Shown here: in pieces, positions 31,268-42,376 of the stretch
How the letters are laid out: the number at the start of each line of letters is the position of its first letter
Numbering within the stretch: position 1 is the stretch's first letter
Source of the DNA: Hyaloraphidium curvatum SAG 235-1
Taxonomy: Eukaryota > Fungi > Monoblepharomycota
DNA: 64,000 bases
Direction of reading: 5' to 3'
NCBI GenBank assembly: GCA_025558095.1
Contig: JAIVFI010000025.1
Location: forward strand, 589,717 to 653,716
The notes under the pieces: model-generated
Told to the model about the DNA's origin: nothing
Seen by the model: the letters and a program-made list of their open reading frames with translations, nothing else
The model's database searches: none
Program-made: the position numbers and the translations under genes

Positions 31268-33862
31268 ATGCCGCCCCCTCCCCGTCCCGCGGGAGGCAGA
31301 CGGCAAAATGACCGCGCCCGGCTGCGATGGGACGCCGAGTGCGACACGGCGGCGGTGTCCCCGGGGACGTGCAGCGCCATCCTGGCCGCCCTGAAGCGCG
31401 CGTCGGCCGCCGTCGAAGCGGGGCTGGCGCTGCGGAGGCCGTTGACGATGAAGCTCTCGGCAACGGCGGGCGGCGCCGGGAGGGACGTGCACGTGCTGGC
31501 GGCGGCGAGCGTGCCGGGGTGGTTCGACGGGGCGAGGGGGAGAGTGCCGCAGGCGCTGGCGAGGCAGGCGGAGGAGGAGCCGCCCGACGCCGGGCGGTGG
31601 GACGCAATGGTCACCGTGGCCATGCCGCCGGAGGGATTCTTCTTTGAGGGGGATCCGACCGTCGCCGGGGAATCAAGGCCCAATTTCGGTGGGTGGATGG
31701 ATCCTCCTGGTCGCACGGGGACGCTGACCGCTCCCGCCCGTGCAGACGCCGTGCTGCACCACGAACTGCTCCACGCCTTCGGGCTCGCCACCTCCCTTGC
31801 CCCCGCCTTTGGCACAGGCGCCCTCGCGACGGCGCCCGTCACCAACGGCACCCGCTTCGTCTCCTTCTCCCAACCGAACGCCTTTGACAACTTCCTCGTC
31901 GACAGCTCCACGGGAACTCCGCTGTCGCGGCTCTGGGCCGATGTGGCTTCTTTCCGGACCGAGGACGCCGACCACGCCACCGCATTCCGGACGTCGCGGG
32001 CCTACGCGTCCGCTGCGGAGCTCTACGACCTCGCCACGACGCCTGAGCGGGTCGCCTTCCAATCCCCCACCGGCACCCGCATAATCCTCGACACCTCCTC
32101 CAAGCCCTTCATCCCCGGCCGCTCCCTCTCCCACCTCTCCTCCACTAGCAACCCCTCGGAGCTTCTCCTCCTCCCCACCGCCCCGCGCGGCCCGCTCCCG
32201 GAATCCATGCTCGCAAACACCACCGCAGGCAGGGTGATCCGCCTGTCGCCGGCGGCCACGGCGATGCTCCGGGCGATCGGTTGGACGCCCTGCGAGGACG
32301 ATCCCGCCGCGTGTGTGGGGAGCGCGGCGGCGGCGCCGCCCCCGGCCGCGGCCTCATCGGGCTTGCCGACGTGGGCCATCGGGGTGATTGCCGCCGCGGG
32401 GGTGCTTTTCGTTGCAGCGCTCGCGGGGGGGCTGTTCCTCATGCGGAGACGGCGTGCGGCCAAGCCCGTCGAAGAGGACGAGGAGAAGGATGCCAAAGTT
32501 CCGACATCGCCGGCGCCGTCGAGGTCCAAGGTCGGGCCCGATGAGCCACCGGCGGCACCGATGCCCGACAGGACCTCGACGCCTGCGCCCCGCACTTCGA
32601 CACCCGCTCCTCGACCCGGCACACCCGCCTCTGCCTCCCGCGCCGCCACCCCCGCACCGATCAACCCCTCGCCCTCGCCCTCGCCCGCCTCCGGCCGTGC
32701 CACCCCCACAACCCTGTCACGCACCCCCTCCGCCTCCCCCGCCCCGCACGCACGCAGCGCCTCCGCTTCCTCCCACCGGAGCATGTCCGCGGCCTGGGAC
32801 GCCGCGTTTGCCCAGCCGGCCAAGATGCAGCGCACCGATTCCTCCGGCTCCGACGCCGCGCTGATCCCGATCGATCCGCGCTTGCCGCAGGGCGACTTCC
32901 GCGCGCTGGCGTCGGCTTCGCTGCCCATGTCGCGCACGGAAAGGCTGCGCGCTGCGGAGGGGTCGGGCTCGGTTCCCCTGCGGAAGCCGGCGGCGCCGGG
33001 CAAGCTCGTGCGCACGCAGTCCTATGCTTCCGAGCGCGGCGCGGCGAGGGCGGACTCGTTCGCCTCGGCGGGATCAAGATCGAGGGCGTCGTCGTTCTCG
33101 TCGGACGGCGGGGACGGGATCGGGGTGCAGCCGCAGTTTGCGGTGCGGCCTGAGTCGCTCTCCGGGATGCCGTCGAGGTCTTCGTCGCCGGCGTTGGCGC
33201 GGCCGCCCGTCGTCCGGTCGACCTCCTACAGCACGGACCCAGCGAAAGAACGCACAAGTACCGCCTCTCGTGCGCCGCGGACTCGTGGAGCGTCCGCATC
33301 TTCGCGGACGAGGGAATCGCCGCTGCTGGCGCTGGCCGCGAAACCCCCCGCGTTCTCCGAGGTTGCATCCAGGAGCCTGCCCATGCCCGGCTCGCGCCTG
33401 GCGGAACCCGACTCGGACTCGGACTCGGATTCGGATTCCGAGGGCGGCTACTACGTCGTTCCCGAGAACGTCACGGGCGCGAGGCCGGCTACCTCCTCGA
33501 TGGACGGCCGCGCGTCGCCCTCCCCCCGATCGCGCACCGCCTCGCAAACTTCACGCACCTCATCCCCACCATCTTCCCCCCCTCCATCCTCCCAAACCTC
33601 TCCCCGCCACCCCAAACCCGCCTTCGTCATCCCCCTCCCGGACCGCATCCCCCTCCCCGAACGCGCCGCCGGCCCCACGCCAAACTACACCCCCCCGCGC
33701 GCGTCCCCGGGCGCGGGCAGGCGAACCCCGGGGTTCGCGCTGGAGCTACCGAGGGGGAGTCCCGGGCAGGGGAAGATGATGAGGCCGAGCCCGCTGAGGC
33801 CGGCGGAGGAGGGGGGGGATTACTTCTCGCTGGCGGTGGCGCCCGAGGAAGAATCGGGGTAG
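31268..33862 (+). CDS. Zincin-like (HELLH) single-pass membrane protein with a long Ser/Pro/Arg-rich tail; in-frame intron 31689-31745
   Basis: VPQALARQ, AVLHHELLHAFG, LDTSSKPFIPGRSLSH; TM WAIGVIAAAGVLFVAALAGGLFLM followed by RRRR. Confidence 0.8.
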   Translation: MPPPPRPAGGRRQNDRARLRWDAECDTAAVSPGTCSAILAALKRASAAVEAGLALRRPLTMKLSATAGGAGRDVHVLAAASVPGWFDGARGRVPQALARQAEEEPPDAGRWDAMVTVAMPPEGFFFEGDPTVAGESRPNFGGWMDPPGRTGTLTAPARADAVLHHELLHAFGLATSLAPAFGTGALATAPVTNGTRFVSFSQPNAFDNFLVDSSTGTPLSRLWADVASFRTEDADHATAFRTSRAYASAAELYDLATTPERVAFQSPTGTRIILDTSSKPFIPGRSLSHLSSTSNPSELLLLPTAPRGPLPESMLANTTAGRVIRLSPAATAMLRAIGWTPCEDDPAACVGSAAAAPPPAAASSGLPTWAIGVIAAAGVLFVAALAGGLFLMRRRRAAKPVEEDEEKDAKVPTSPAPSRSKVGPDEPPAAPMPDRTSTPAPRTSTPAPRPGTPASASRAATPAPINPSPSPSPASGRATPTTLSRTPSASPAPHARSASASSHRSMSAAWDAAFAQPAKMQRTDSSGSDAALIPIDPRLPQGDFRALASASLPMSRTERLRAAEGSGSVPLRKPAAPGKLVRTQSYASERGAARADSFASAGSRSRASSFSSDGGDGIGVQPQFAVRPESLSGMPSRSSSPALARPPVVRSTSYSTDPAKERTSTASRAPRTRGASASSRTRESPLLALAAKPPAFSEVASRSLPMPGSRLAEPDSDSDSDSDSEGGYYVVPENVTGARPATSSMDGRASPSPRSRTASQTSRTSSPPSSPPPSSQTSPRHPKPAFVIPLPDRIPLPERAAGPTPNYTPPRASPGAGRRTPGFALELPRGSPGQGKMMRPSPLRPAEEGGDYFSLAVAPEEESG

Positions 33863-34026
33863 AGCGCGTGCATGGAACAGCGTGTATATGCACAGATACC
33901 AGAGAAGGCACGAGCAAGGATCATGTTAGCCTGCTGAATCGTGATCCCGAAGTCCGAGATATAGGGAAGACGCCGCCGTAAACAACAGCTCACGGGGGAC
34001 TCGAGCAAAGCCGAGCCTCGGCGACG

Positions 34027-35359
34027 ATGCAAACCCTACTCGTCGAGATCCTGGATCTCATCCTCTCGTGCGATGCCGTCTCGCTGGCGGAGCTCTACCA
34101 CCTGCGCCGTTGTTGCCGCTCCGTCGGCGCCGCGGCCTCGCGGGCCTTCCGGCGCCGGATGAAATACGTGCTCGCCCTCAGCAAGGACAGCGACGCGTTT
34201 CTCGACTTTGTGCAGGCCGTCAGGGGGCCGGAGCCGGAAGATTTCGGGCTGGCGCCGCTCGACCCCAGGATGGACCCCAGGATCCTCGGGAGGATGATGG
34301 CCGATGCCGGGCTGCCGGTCGAGTCGGCCATCACCCTGGAACCGATCCGCCCCCGCGACGAGGCGGAGCTCATCGGACCTGGAGGGAGCGGGACGAGCTA
34401 TCCCGACCCGGAACGCGAGGGGAGCTTCTCGCGGGGATGGGCGCGACGCCGGCCGAGCTGGCCCTCGTCGCCCGCAACCTGGGCTACTCGACGAACGCCG
34501 GACACGAACACGAGCACGGCCACGTGATGCGCATGCGCATAATGTCCGGCTTCCTGCACGGCTACGGGTGGCCTTCCAAGGCATCCGGGGAGGTGGCGCT
34601 GAGGGCGCTGGACTACTTCCCCGCGTTGTCTATCGCCGACCGCTGGTCCATCATCTTCAGCGTGGAAAGGTGGATCGCGGCGGACAGGCGCGACCCCGAT
34701 CCAGAGCTGCTCGATGAATTCGTCCGGGACTGCCTGCCGCGCCTCGTAGACTACGCCAGGAACCACATGCGCAAGCCGGACAGTTTGGACGACGCGAGCA
34801 TTACCCGCTACGTTGTGGCGGAGATCCTCGGCAAGGTTTCGACCGGGTACATTGCCGGCGCCCTGCTCGCACGCTCGAACGATCCCCTTTTCCCCGACCC
34901 GAACGCGGTGCTGGATGCGACGTACGACTTCATCCACTGTATCAACGTGATCTGGTGCTACACCCGCCTGCGCACGGAGGAACCGGGTCCGCTTGCAGTC
35001 GGACCCGAGGATTCGCGGCGCCTGTTCTCGCAGATCGGCTAGAGGCCCGATTTCGGCGCCACCGTCGGACCATGCTGCGGCACGACTTCTTTGCCGTCCA
35101 CTGGGATCCGGAATGGCCCGTCATCGACGAGCACATCGCCGACGACTGGCAGTTCGCCATCACCTTTGCAGATGCGTTCGCACCCAAGAGCAGATTCTTC
35201 GGGGACTTTGACGCCGTCGAAGAGAACGTTGCTACGTTTGCCGACGCCAACGGCCTCCGCGGGAGCAGCGTGTGGATGGAAGTTGCCCGTGCCAGACACG
35301 AGGAACGCGGGGTGGACCAGGTCTCGGCGCAGATGTTGTGTGCCGCGGTCGGTGCGTAG
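34027..35359 (+). pseudogene. F-box-like protein split by two apparent 1-bp deletions (pseudogene or assembly error)
   Basis: MQTLLVEILDLIL...LYHLRRCCRS is an F-box-like start. Protein-like sequence switches frame at ~34374 and ~35038 with no intron-sized gap. Confidence 0.6.
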
Positions 35360-35504
35360 CTTCCACCAGAATGTACAATCCACGTAAGAGCATCAGTGTT
35401 TCACAGAGCTTCTCGCAACCTGCGCTCCGCCTTCCGGGGAGATAGATCAGCTCCGAGCAAGGGATTTGGCCAAGATCCATGTAACCCCGTCTGGAGCCCC
35501 GAGA

Positions 35505-36854
35505 ATGGCGCGTCCAGCGTCTCTATCGGGCTCGGAGTTCGCGGACGACGACGACGATGATTCGTTCTCCGACCTCGGCTACGGCTCGGGCAACGAGCGG
35601 GGCCCGCAGGACCCGGCCGACGCGCCCGACGGCTCGGAGATATGGGCCTTCGTGGAGCACCCGCCGTCGGAGATGCCGGGCTACTACCCACGCCGGAAGA
35701 CGCCGACGCCGCCTGCTGTTGCGGCGGAAGAGCTCTGCGAGGTCCACGGGGCGAGGCAGCCGTGCGCTTTCCTGGTCTCGCGGCCGTGCCACTGTCCGGC
35801 GCGGAGGCCGGTGCGGAACCTGGCCTGCTTCAAGGTAGGACGGTCCTTCTTCATTCTGTCGTTGCTCATTGTTGACATGCCGGGGGTCCCTCGACAGACA
35901 AAGTGGCCGGGCTGCGGGGGGACGTGCTCCAAGCCGCGCCACTGCGGGCACCCTTGCACACGCCTTTGCCACATCGGCGAGTGCGACGGTCCGTGCGGCG
36001 AGTGCCGCCGGATCGCAACCGAACTGCTGAGGGCGATCGAGGACGACAGGGGCACGGAAACCCCCACGGACTTTGCCGCGTCGTCGGCCGGCACCCCCGC
36101 CCCATCCTCCCCCTCCCCTCCCGATCCCTTCCCCTTCGAATACTCCGCTTACCTCCTCGAATTCTACTACTCCAATCCCCGCGCCTCGCTCTCCGCCGAG
36201 CGCGCCCTCCGCGCCCTGTGCGCCGCCGGCGCTGGGTCGCACCACTTCCCACCCGCGTCGAGGCCCCACCGGAAGTTCCTGCACACGCTGGCGGAGCTGT
36301 TCGGGCTCGAGAGCGAGAGCTTGGATCCCGAGCCCATGAGGAGCGTGGTGGTGAGGGTACCGGTGCCGGGACGGGGGAGGAGGAAGGCGGACGCGGAGGA
36401 GGGGAGCGACGGGGAGGTGAAGCTCGTCAGGGCGGGGAGATTCGGGATGTGGGTTGCCCCGTTCGTCGGCTGCGAGCACCTTGCTGACAATTACTGTCCG
36501 AGCAGACCATCACTGGGGCTGAAGGAGGCTGCGCTGATCTGGAGGAAGACCGGGAAGCTGGCGAGGTTGCCGCTTCCGGAATCGGAGGCGGCGCCCTCTC
36601 CTTTGCCGGAAACTGGCGCGGAAGCCCAGAACAGGGAAGAAGAAGAAGCTGCAGTCGATGCCGAGGGCACCAAGGAGGACGATACCCCCGCCCCGGAAAC
36701 GGAGCCCGCGGCGATCGATACCCGCAAGTCGGTCGAGGAGTCGCCGAGGGAGAAGCGGAGGCGGAAGAAGGGGACGACGGCGCGAATTGTGGAGGGGCCG
36801 AAGGCGGTCGTCACGGGGACGATGTGGGACGTCCTGGGCGAGGAGGAGGGGTGA
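35505..36854 (+). CDS. Short NF-X1-type zinc finger plus R3H domain protein (NFX1/Fap1 C-terminus-like)
   Basis: CSKPRHCGHPCTRLCHIGEC NF-X1 finger; YSAYLLEFY...FPPASRPHRKFLHTLAELFGLESESLDPEPMRSVVV R3H. Two in-frame introns are likely. Confidence 0.85.
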   Translation: MARPASLSGSEFADDDDDDSFSDLGYGSGNERGPQDPADAPDGSEIWAFVEHPPSEMPGYYPRRKTPTPPAVAAEELCEVHGARQPCAFLVSRPCHCPARRPVRNLACFKVGRSFFILSLLIVDMPGVPRQTKWPGCGGTCSKPRHCGHPCTRLCHIGECDGPCGECRRIATELLRAIEDDRGTETPTDFAASSAGTPAPSSPSPPDPFPFEYSAYLLEFYYSNPRASLSAERALRALCAAGAGSHHFPPASRPHRKFLHTLAELFGLESESLDPEPMRSVVVRVPVPGRGRRKADAEEGSDGEVKLVRAGRFGMWVAPFVGCEHLADNYCPSRPSLGLKEAALIWRKTGKLARLPLPESEAAPSPLPETGAEAQNREEEEAAVDAEGTKEDDTPAPETEPAAIDTRKSVEESPREKRRRKKGTTARIVEGPKAVVTGTMWDVLGEEEG

Positions 36855-37077
36855 TCGTAGGCGGGAATAAGGAAGACTTCAAGAAGACGCTTGTGAGGGT
36901 CAGCGACGCGAAGAAAAGAACACTGGCCCCGTCTCCCTTTCACGCCCATTCCTTGCCGATTGAGGATTGGATCGCCTGAAATCTCGTCGTTCGAGACACT
37001 CCGACGTGCCCCGCGTCCCTAGAGCATACTGCCCCGCGCCACCGTTCCCCTGGGCCTCTTCGCGTCGCGTCCCAGCG

Positions 37078-37395
37078 ATGGCCGCGAACGGCTGCACCCG
37101 CGCCGTCATCCCCGTTCCCCGCCTCCTCGCCCTCTACTCCATCGCATACGCCATCAACCTCCCCCTGGGCTACTGGCGGACCGACCACCCGCGGTACTCG
37201 TGGCAGTGGTTCGGCCTGATCCACGCGTCGATCCCGCTCATCATCCCGCTTCGGAAGGTGCTCCTGAGGTCGTTCAGGAGGCCGTGGGTGGTGCCTGCGA
37301 ACATTGCGGTGGCGGTGGTGGGGCAGCTCGTCGGAGGGAGGATGAACGAGATGTCGAGGGCGGGTAAGAACGCAGCGGAAGTTCGAGAGGGCTGA
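37078..37395 (+). CDS. Small conserved membrane protein of the N-x-P-x-G-x-WR / WF-xx-IHA-x-IP family (105 aa)
   Basis: INLPLGYWR...YSWQWFGLIHASIPLIIPLRK...AVVGQLVGGR; recalled as a motif of small bacterial and plant proteins. Confidence 0.75.
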   Translation: MAANGCTRAVIPVPRLLALYSIAYAINLPLGYWRTDHPRYSWQWFGLIHASIPLIIPLRKVLLRSFRRPWVVPANIAVAVVGQLVGGRMNEMSRAGKNAAEVREG

Positions 37396-37870
37396 CGGCG
37401 ATGAGGATTCGGCCCGGGTGGCGCCTTTCGGCATGGTCGACGGACAACGAGCCCTTTGCAACGCGTTGCAACGCGTTTGGCGTGGGACAGGGCCCTCTAT
37501 CTCTTGGAACGGACTCGCGCTACCAGGGACGTGAACCGTACTCGGCCTCAATCCAGGCGGAACTTGGCTATTCCTCTACTCCTGAGGAACGTTGCCAAAT
37601 CGGCTGTCGCCAATATGGCTGGGACCCCTGTTTTTGGTGGGTCGATGAAGTCTGGACGACGCATGGTCGACAGCAAGAGAAGAAACATCCGGACTTCTAT
37701 GGCATAGATAGATCACATTCAACCATCTCGCATTTCGTTTCTGGCTAGTTGCTCCCTTCCTGATTGAAGTTGACAGGCAGTTCCATCGCGTCAAGGGGCG
37801 CCTCCCGCGCGGACGCCGCCCGCTCCGCGACTTCGTCTCCCACCCGTTTTCCGCTCCGCACGCGACCACC

Positions 37871-39348
37871 ATGGCCTCCGACGCCCCGTACACCATCCTC
37901 GTCCTCGGCGGCACCGGCATTGTTGGCGCCTTCTGCCTGCGCGGCCTCCACGCGCTCGCCGCGTCCGGCGCGACCGTGCGCGGCAGGCGGCCGAGGGTGG
38001 TCGCCGCCGCGCGGAGCGAGGAAAAGTGCGCGCGGCTGGTGGCAGAGGGGTTGGCGGACGAGGGGAGGTTGCTGGATTTGGACAAGCCGAGGGGGTTCAA
38101 GAACGCGTTGCAGGGTGGGAGACTACAGGACAGGAACGCGTTCAGGGGGCGCTGACGCGTCGGACGTGTCGTGACCGGGCTCAGGTGTCGATGGCGTGTT
38201 CTTCATGAACGGTTACACGGCAAAGTGGGTGTTCGCGGGCCAGAGCGCTCGGCGGTGGGGACCTGACCTTCGCCGTGCACCGACCATCTGGCACCCACAG
38301 TATGATGAGCCAGGCCAAGTGGTTCATCGACGCCGCCGCGGCCGCCGGTGCGCTACTCTCCCACGCGTTCTGGATCCAGCATTGACTGGTCTTCCTGTTC
38401 AGGCGTGCAGCACTTTGTCCACCTTTCTGCCGACGTGCCTCGGAATCAGTTCGTGATGGTGGGGGGGCGTGCGGGGCTCTGGCCTGACTCAACTGATGTT
38501 TCTGTTCCATCGGACGTAGCACATCGCGTGGCACGGTGGGCGCCTTTACCTCCCGCGCCGCGACCGCTCTGACAGGCAACCAATCGGCAGAGCTCGTCGA
38601 CAGCTATATGCAGGTCAAGCTCCCCGGCAAATGGACCATCCTGGCGCCGGGCTACTTCACCGAGAACATCGTGTCGTACAACGGGCGGAAGAGGGTCAAC
38701 GATGGTGCGTCCGCGCGCGGCGCGGGATGGATGCTGGCTGACGCGGCGGTGTGGTTGCCAGGGGTCGTGACGGTGCTGGGGAACCCGAACGCGCCGATCC
38801 AATTCATCGCGTGCGAGGACATTGGGGAGGTTGCCGCGCGGTGGGCTGGACATGCGCTCGGCTCATCTGACTAAGCTGAGCGACGTGCCTTTGCTCTTGC
38901 CCACAGCTGCCTCATGGACCCGGACGCGCACATCGGCAAGACCCACACCCTGCTCACCGAAGTCGCCACCATGTGGGTTCCATTTCAATCTCGAATCGTG
39001 ACTACTCATCCTCGGACACAAAACTCCAGCAACCAAGCCCTCTCCACCATCTCCTCCACCCTCAACGCCCCCCTGCGCGTGCAGACCCTCACCCCCGACG
39101 AAACCTACGACGAGGCCATGCGCGCCGACCCCCGGGACGGCGGCCGCCTCGCCTACTTCGCGTGCGTGCGCGACCTGATGGCCACCACCATGGCCGGGCT
39201 CGAGGAGCGCGTCAAGAAGCCCGGCGGAAGACAGGCGCCGGTATATCCGGAGGTGGTGGAAAGAATCTGCGGGAGGAAGGCTGTGACGATCGGGGAGTGG
39301 GCGAGGAGGAACAGGCACTGGTTCGAGGAGAAGGGGGCGAGGCTGTGA
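37871..39348 (+). CDS. NmrA-like atypical SDR / NAD(P)-binding protein, multi-exon
   Basis: ILVLGGTGIVG, WTILAPGYFTEN, IQFIACEDIGEVAA, DPDAHIGKTHTL, RKAVTIGEWAR; ends ARL. Confidence 0.85.
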
Positions 39349-39519
39349 TTCTGCCAGGGGATATTGTCGTGGAATGCACGATGCTAGTGTTACTGACATC
39401 AAGTAGTCGACATCATTTGCGGATTATCGGTTGCAAGGGACACAGGATCCACGTCACTCGGCCGGTCCCTAGAGGACGCTCGACAAACTCACCCACTTTC
39501 CCGCAAATCCGATGCCCAG

Positions 39520-41102
39520 ATGGCGCCTTCCCGGTCCCAGGGCCGGCTGCACTGGGACGCCGAGTGCGATTCCGCGTCCGTCGGCGCGGCGGGCTGCGCC
39601 GCTCTGCTCCGCGCCTTGGACCGGGCGTCCGCGGCGCTCGAATCCGCCGTCGCCCTGCGCGCCGACCTTTCCGTCAAACTCTCCGCGGCCGGCGGCGTCA
39701 AGCTGAAACGGTTCGCGAGGGGAAACTTCGACTACACTTTGGGGGAGGCCGACATCGTCGCCGGCTGCGCGGTGCCGGTCTATTTGCCCATGCCGCCGCG
39801 GGCCGGGGCGCCGCCGGACCACACGCTGTACCCGCAGGCGCTGGCCAGGCAGCTGGCAAACTACAAAAAGAACGAGCTGGGGAGATGGGACGCCGTGGTG
39901 TCGGTGTCGGTGCCCGAGGACGGGTTCTTCTTCGAGGAGGGGACGCCGCCGCCGCCGGACTCGCCCGACGCCAGGAAAATCAACTTCGGTTGGTTGCAGT
40001 TGCCGTCAGCTCATAATGGTCTTCTGAGGCTATTTGCTCTTCAGATGCCGTCATCCTCCACGAGCTCCTGCACGGCCTCGGCGTTTCGACCTCCCTCGGC
40101 AACAATGTTCCCGGCCGCATGCTCACCACCGAACCCGTCCTCAACGGCACATCCTTCTCCTTCTTCTCCCCCCTCCACGCCTTTGACTCTCATCTCGTCG
40201 ACGCCCAGGACCGCCCCCTCTCGGCCCTTTGGACCCCAGCCGCCTCCTTCCTCCCCAGGATGTCGGACTGGCAGTCCGAGTTCCGCGCCTCCCCTGCATC
40301 CGTGGGCGCCGGGGTCCTCTACGAACTCGCGACGACACCCGGCGCCGTGCGGTTCCTCGCCTCGGACGGGCGGGCCTTCATGCTCGACACCTCGCCGATG
40401 ATGTATGCTCGCGGCAGGACGCTCGCGCACCTCGACCCTGGGAACAGCTCCCCGGACGACGTGCTGCTGTTTCCTTCCGCACCGAGGGGACCCCTCCCGG
40501 ATGCACTGTTCGCCAGGACGGAGGCGGGGCGGGTGCTGGCGCTGCCGCCCGCGGCGTCGGCGATCCTGAAGACTCTGGGGTGGACAATGTGCGAGGACGT
40601 GCCCGGGGGGTGCGCGGTCAGGGTGACCGCGCCTGCAGCGGCGTCCAGAGCTGCACAGGTGGGATCGACAGGGGGCAAGGGCGGGGGAATGCCGGTGTGG
40701 GCAATCGCGGCGACCGCGGTCGGAGCGGTCCTGCTGGTTGCTGGGCTCGTGGTCGGCGGCGTGTTCCTGATCCGGTCACGGAAGCGGACGCAGGGGGGTT
40801 ACAGGGACCTGGACAGGGAGGGGCTGCTCGCATCAACGGCCATGGACGGCGGGGCGCGGAGCAAGCCCCCAAGCATGAGCGAGAGTGCCTTCCTCAGCCG
40901 GCCCAAGGTGCCAATCCCCGCGCCGGCCCAGCGCTCGGAATCGAGGGCCAGCATGGCGAGCGTGGCGTCGCGGCCGCCCCCGGCAAGGCACACGCGGGAC
41001 CACGCTGCGGTGGCGGGCTTGCTGATCGGCGCGCCGGCGCTGCAGGGGAGGCCGGGCGTGCCGGCGTGGGGAACGTCGGGCCCACCGGAGTGGGGGAAAT
41101 AA
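39520..41102 (+). CDS. Second zincin-like (HELLH) single-pass membrane protein, paralogue of 31268-33862; intron 39989-40044
   Basis: WDAECD, YPQALARQL, spliced NFDAVILHELLHGLG, LDTSPMMYARGRTLAH and a TM segment; same intron position as its paralogue. Confidence 0.82.
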
Positions 41103-41210
41103 GGCTTTTATATCCGCGTGGGATGGAGGATGAATGGCGCTTAAACTGCATGACGCCTCCGTTTGGAACCAGGGTCGGGGAACAGGGACTGTCCTCGTCC
41201 CTTGCGGAGA

Positions 41211-42074
41211 ATGCAGCTCCGCGGCGCGGCCACGGCCGCCATCGTCGCCTCCGTCGCCGCCCACGCGCTGCTCCTGTCGATGTGGGGCCACGGGCGCCCG
41301 CCGCCCGAGCCCGACGCGCCGTGGCTCGCGACGGACCGCGTCGCGGTCCTCGTCGAACCGATGGCCTCCCCCCGAACGCTGGCGTCGGTTTCAAATTTCC
41401 TGGACGTGCTGCCTCCCATTTGGCGATTGCAGCTGTTCCTGGGTCCCGAGGGACGCGAATTGGTCCGGGCCGCCGCAGGACGCGTCGGCGAGGCGGTGCG
41501 GACGGGCAGGATCGCGCTGGAACCGCTCCCGCCCCCGGACGCGGACCTGTGGGAGTACTCGCACTACCAGCGCATCTTCAAGAACATGTCGTGGTGGCGG
41601 ACGATATTGGCCAACGAGGTGCTGGTGTTCCAGACCGACACGGCGCTGTGCCGCGGCGCGCCCGAGCCTGTGGACGCGTTCGTGGGGCGGTACGACTTTG
41701 TGGGGGCCCCGCAGAGGCCGCACGGGGGTTGTGCGAACGGGGGGTTGAGCTTGAGGAGGCGGAATACCTCCCTCGCGGTGCTGGCAAAGACGCCGGGGTC
41801 GGACCGCAACGAGGAGGTCGAGGACATGTGGTGGTGCCGCGAGCTGAGGATGCGGGGACACCGGATCGCCCCGCTCGAGGTCGCGAAGCGGTTTGCGGTC
41901 GAGACGGTCTATTTTGCGACACCGGCGGGCGTGCACAAGCCCTGGCATTGGCTGAGGTGCAAGGGCAAGGAGCTCGAAGAGCTGGAGGCGTACTGCCCCG
42001 AGGTGAGGATGCTCAGGGAGAACCTGACCAGGGAACAGCTGCCGGGCTCGGGGCCGGACTGCACGGATCCGTAG
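41211..42074 (+). CDS. DUF5672-family putative glycosyltransferase with an N-terminal anchor
   Basis: [38 protein letters not shown]. Confidence 0.85.
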   Translation: MQLRGAATAAIVASVAAHALLLSMWGHGRPPPEPDAPWLATDRVAVLVEPMASPRTLASVSNFLDVLPPIWRLQLFLGPEGRELVRAAAGRVGEAVRTGRIALEPLPPPDADLWEYSHYQRIFKNMSWWRTILANEVLVFQTDTALCRGAPEPVDAFVGRYDFVGAPQRPHGGCANGGLSLRRRNTSLAVLAKTPGSDRNEEVEDMWWCRELRMRGHRIAPLEVAKRFAVETVYFATPAGVHKPWHWLRCKGKELEELEAYCPEVRMLRENLTREQLPGSGPDCTDP

Positions 42075-42376
42075 CACCCGGGCGATGCCGACTGGAGGTT
42101 CGGGACATCGGGCCTGGAGAAGCTGCTTCGGGACCAGTTCGTTGGATCGGGGCCGGGGCGAGGATCCGTGCCATACAGTCTCCACAGTGGGCCGGTCGGG
42201 AAGAAGACTTCTGTACCTTTGCCCCAACGATCGCCGGAGCTGTTTCTGCCCGCTTTCTCTAGCTCGGTTCTCCCGAAGTCGGCTCGCCCGTCGGGCGGAT
42301 CGGCGATACCCCGGTCCGACAAACATCCAATCTCCCCCTCTCCCGACCCCTATTCCCCTTCTCCGCCCTTTGCAAC

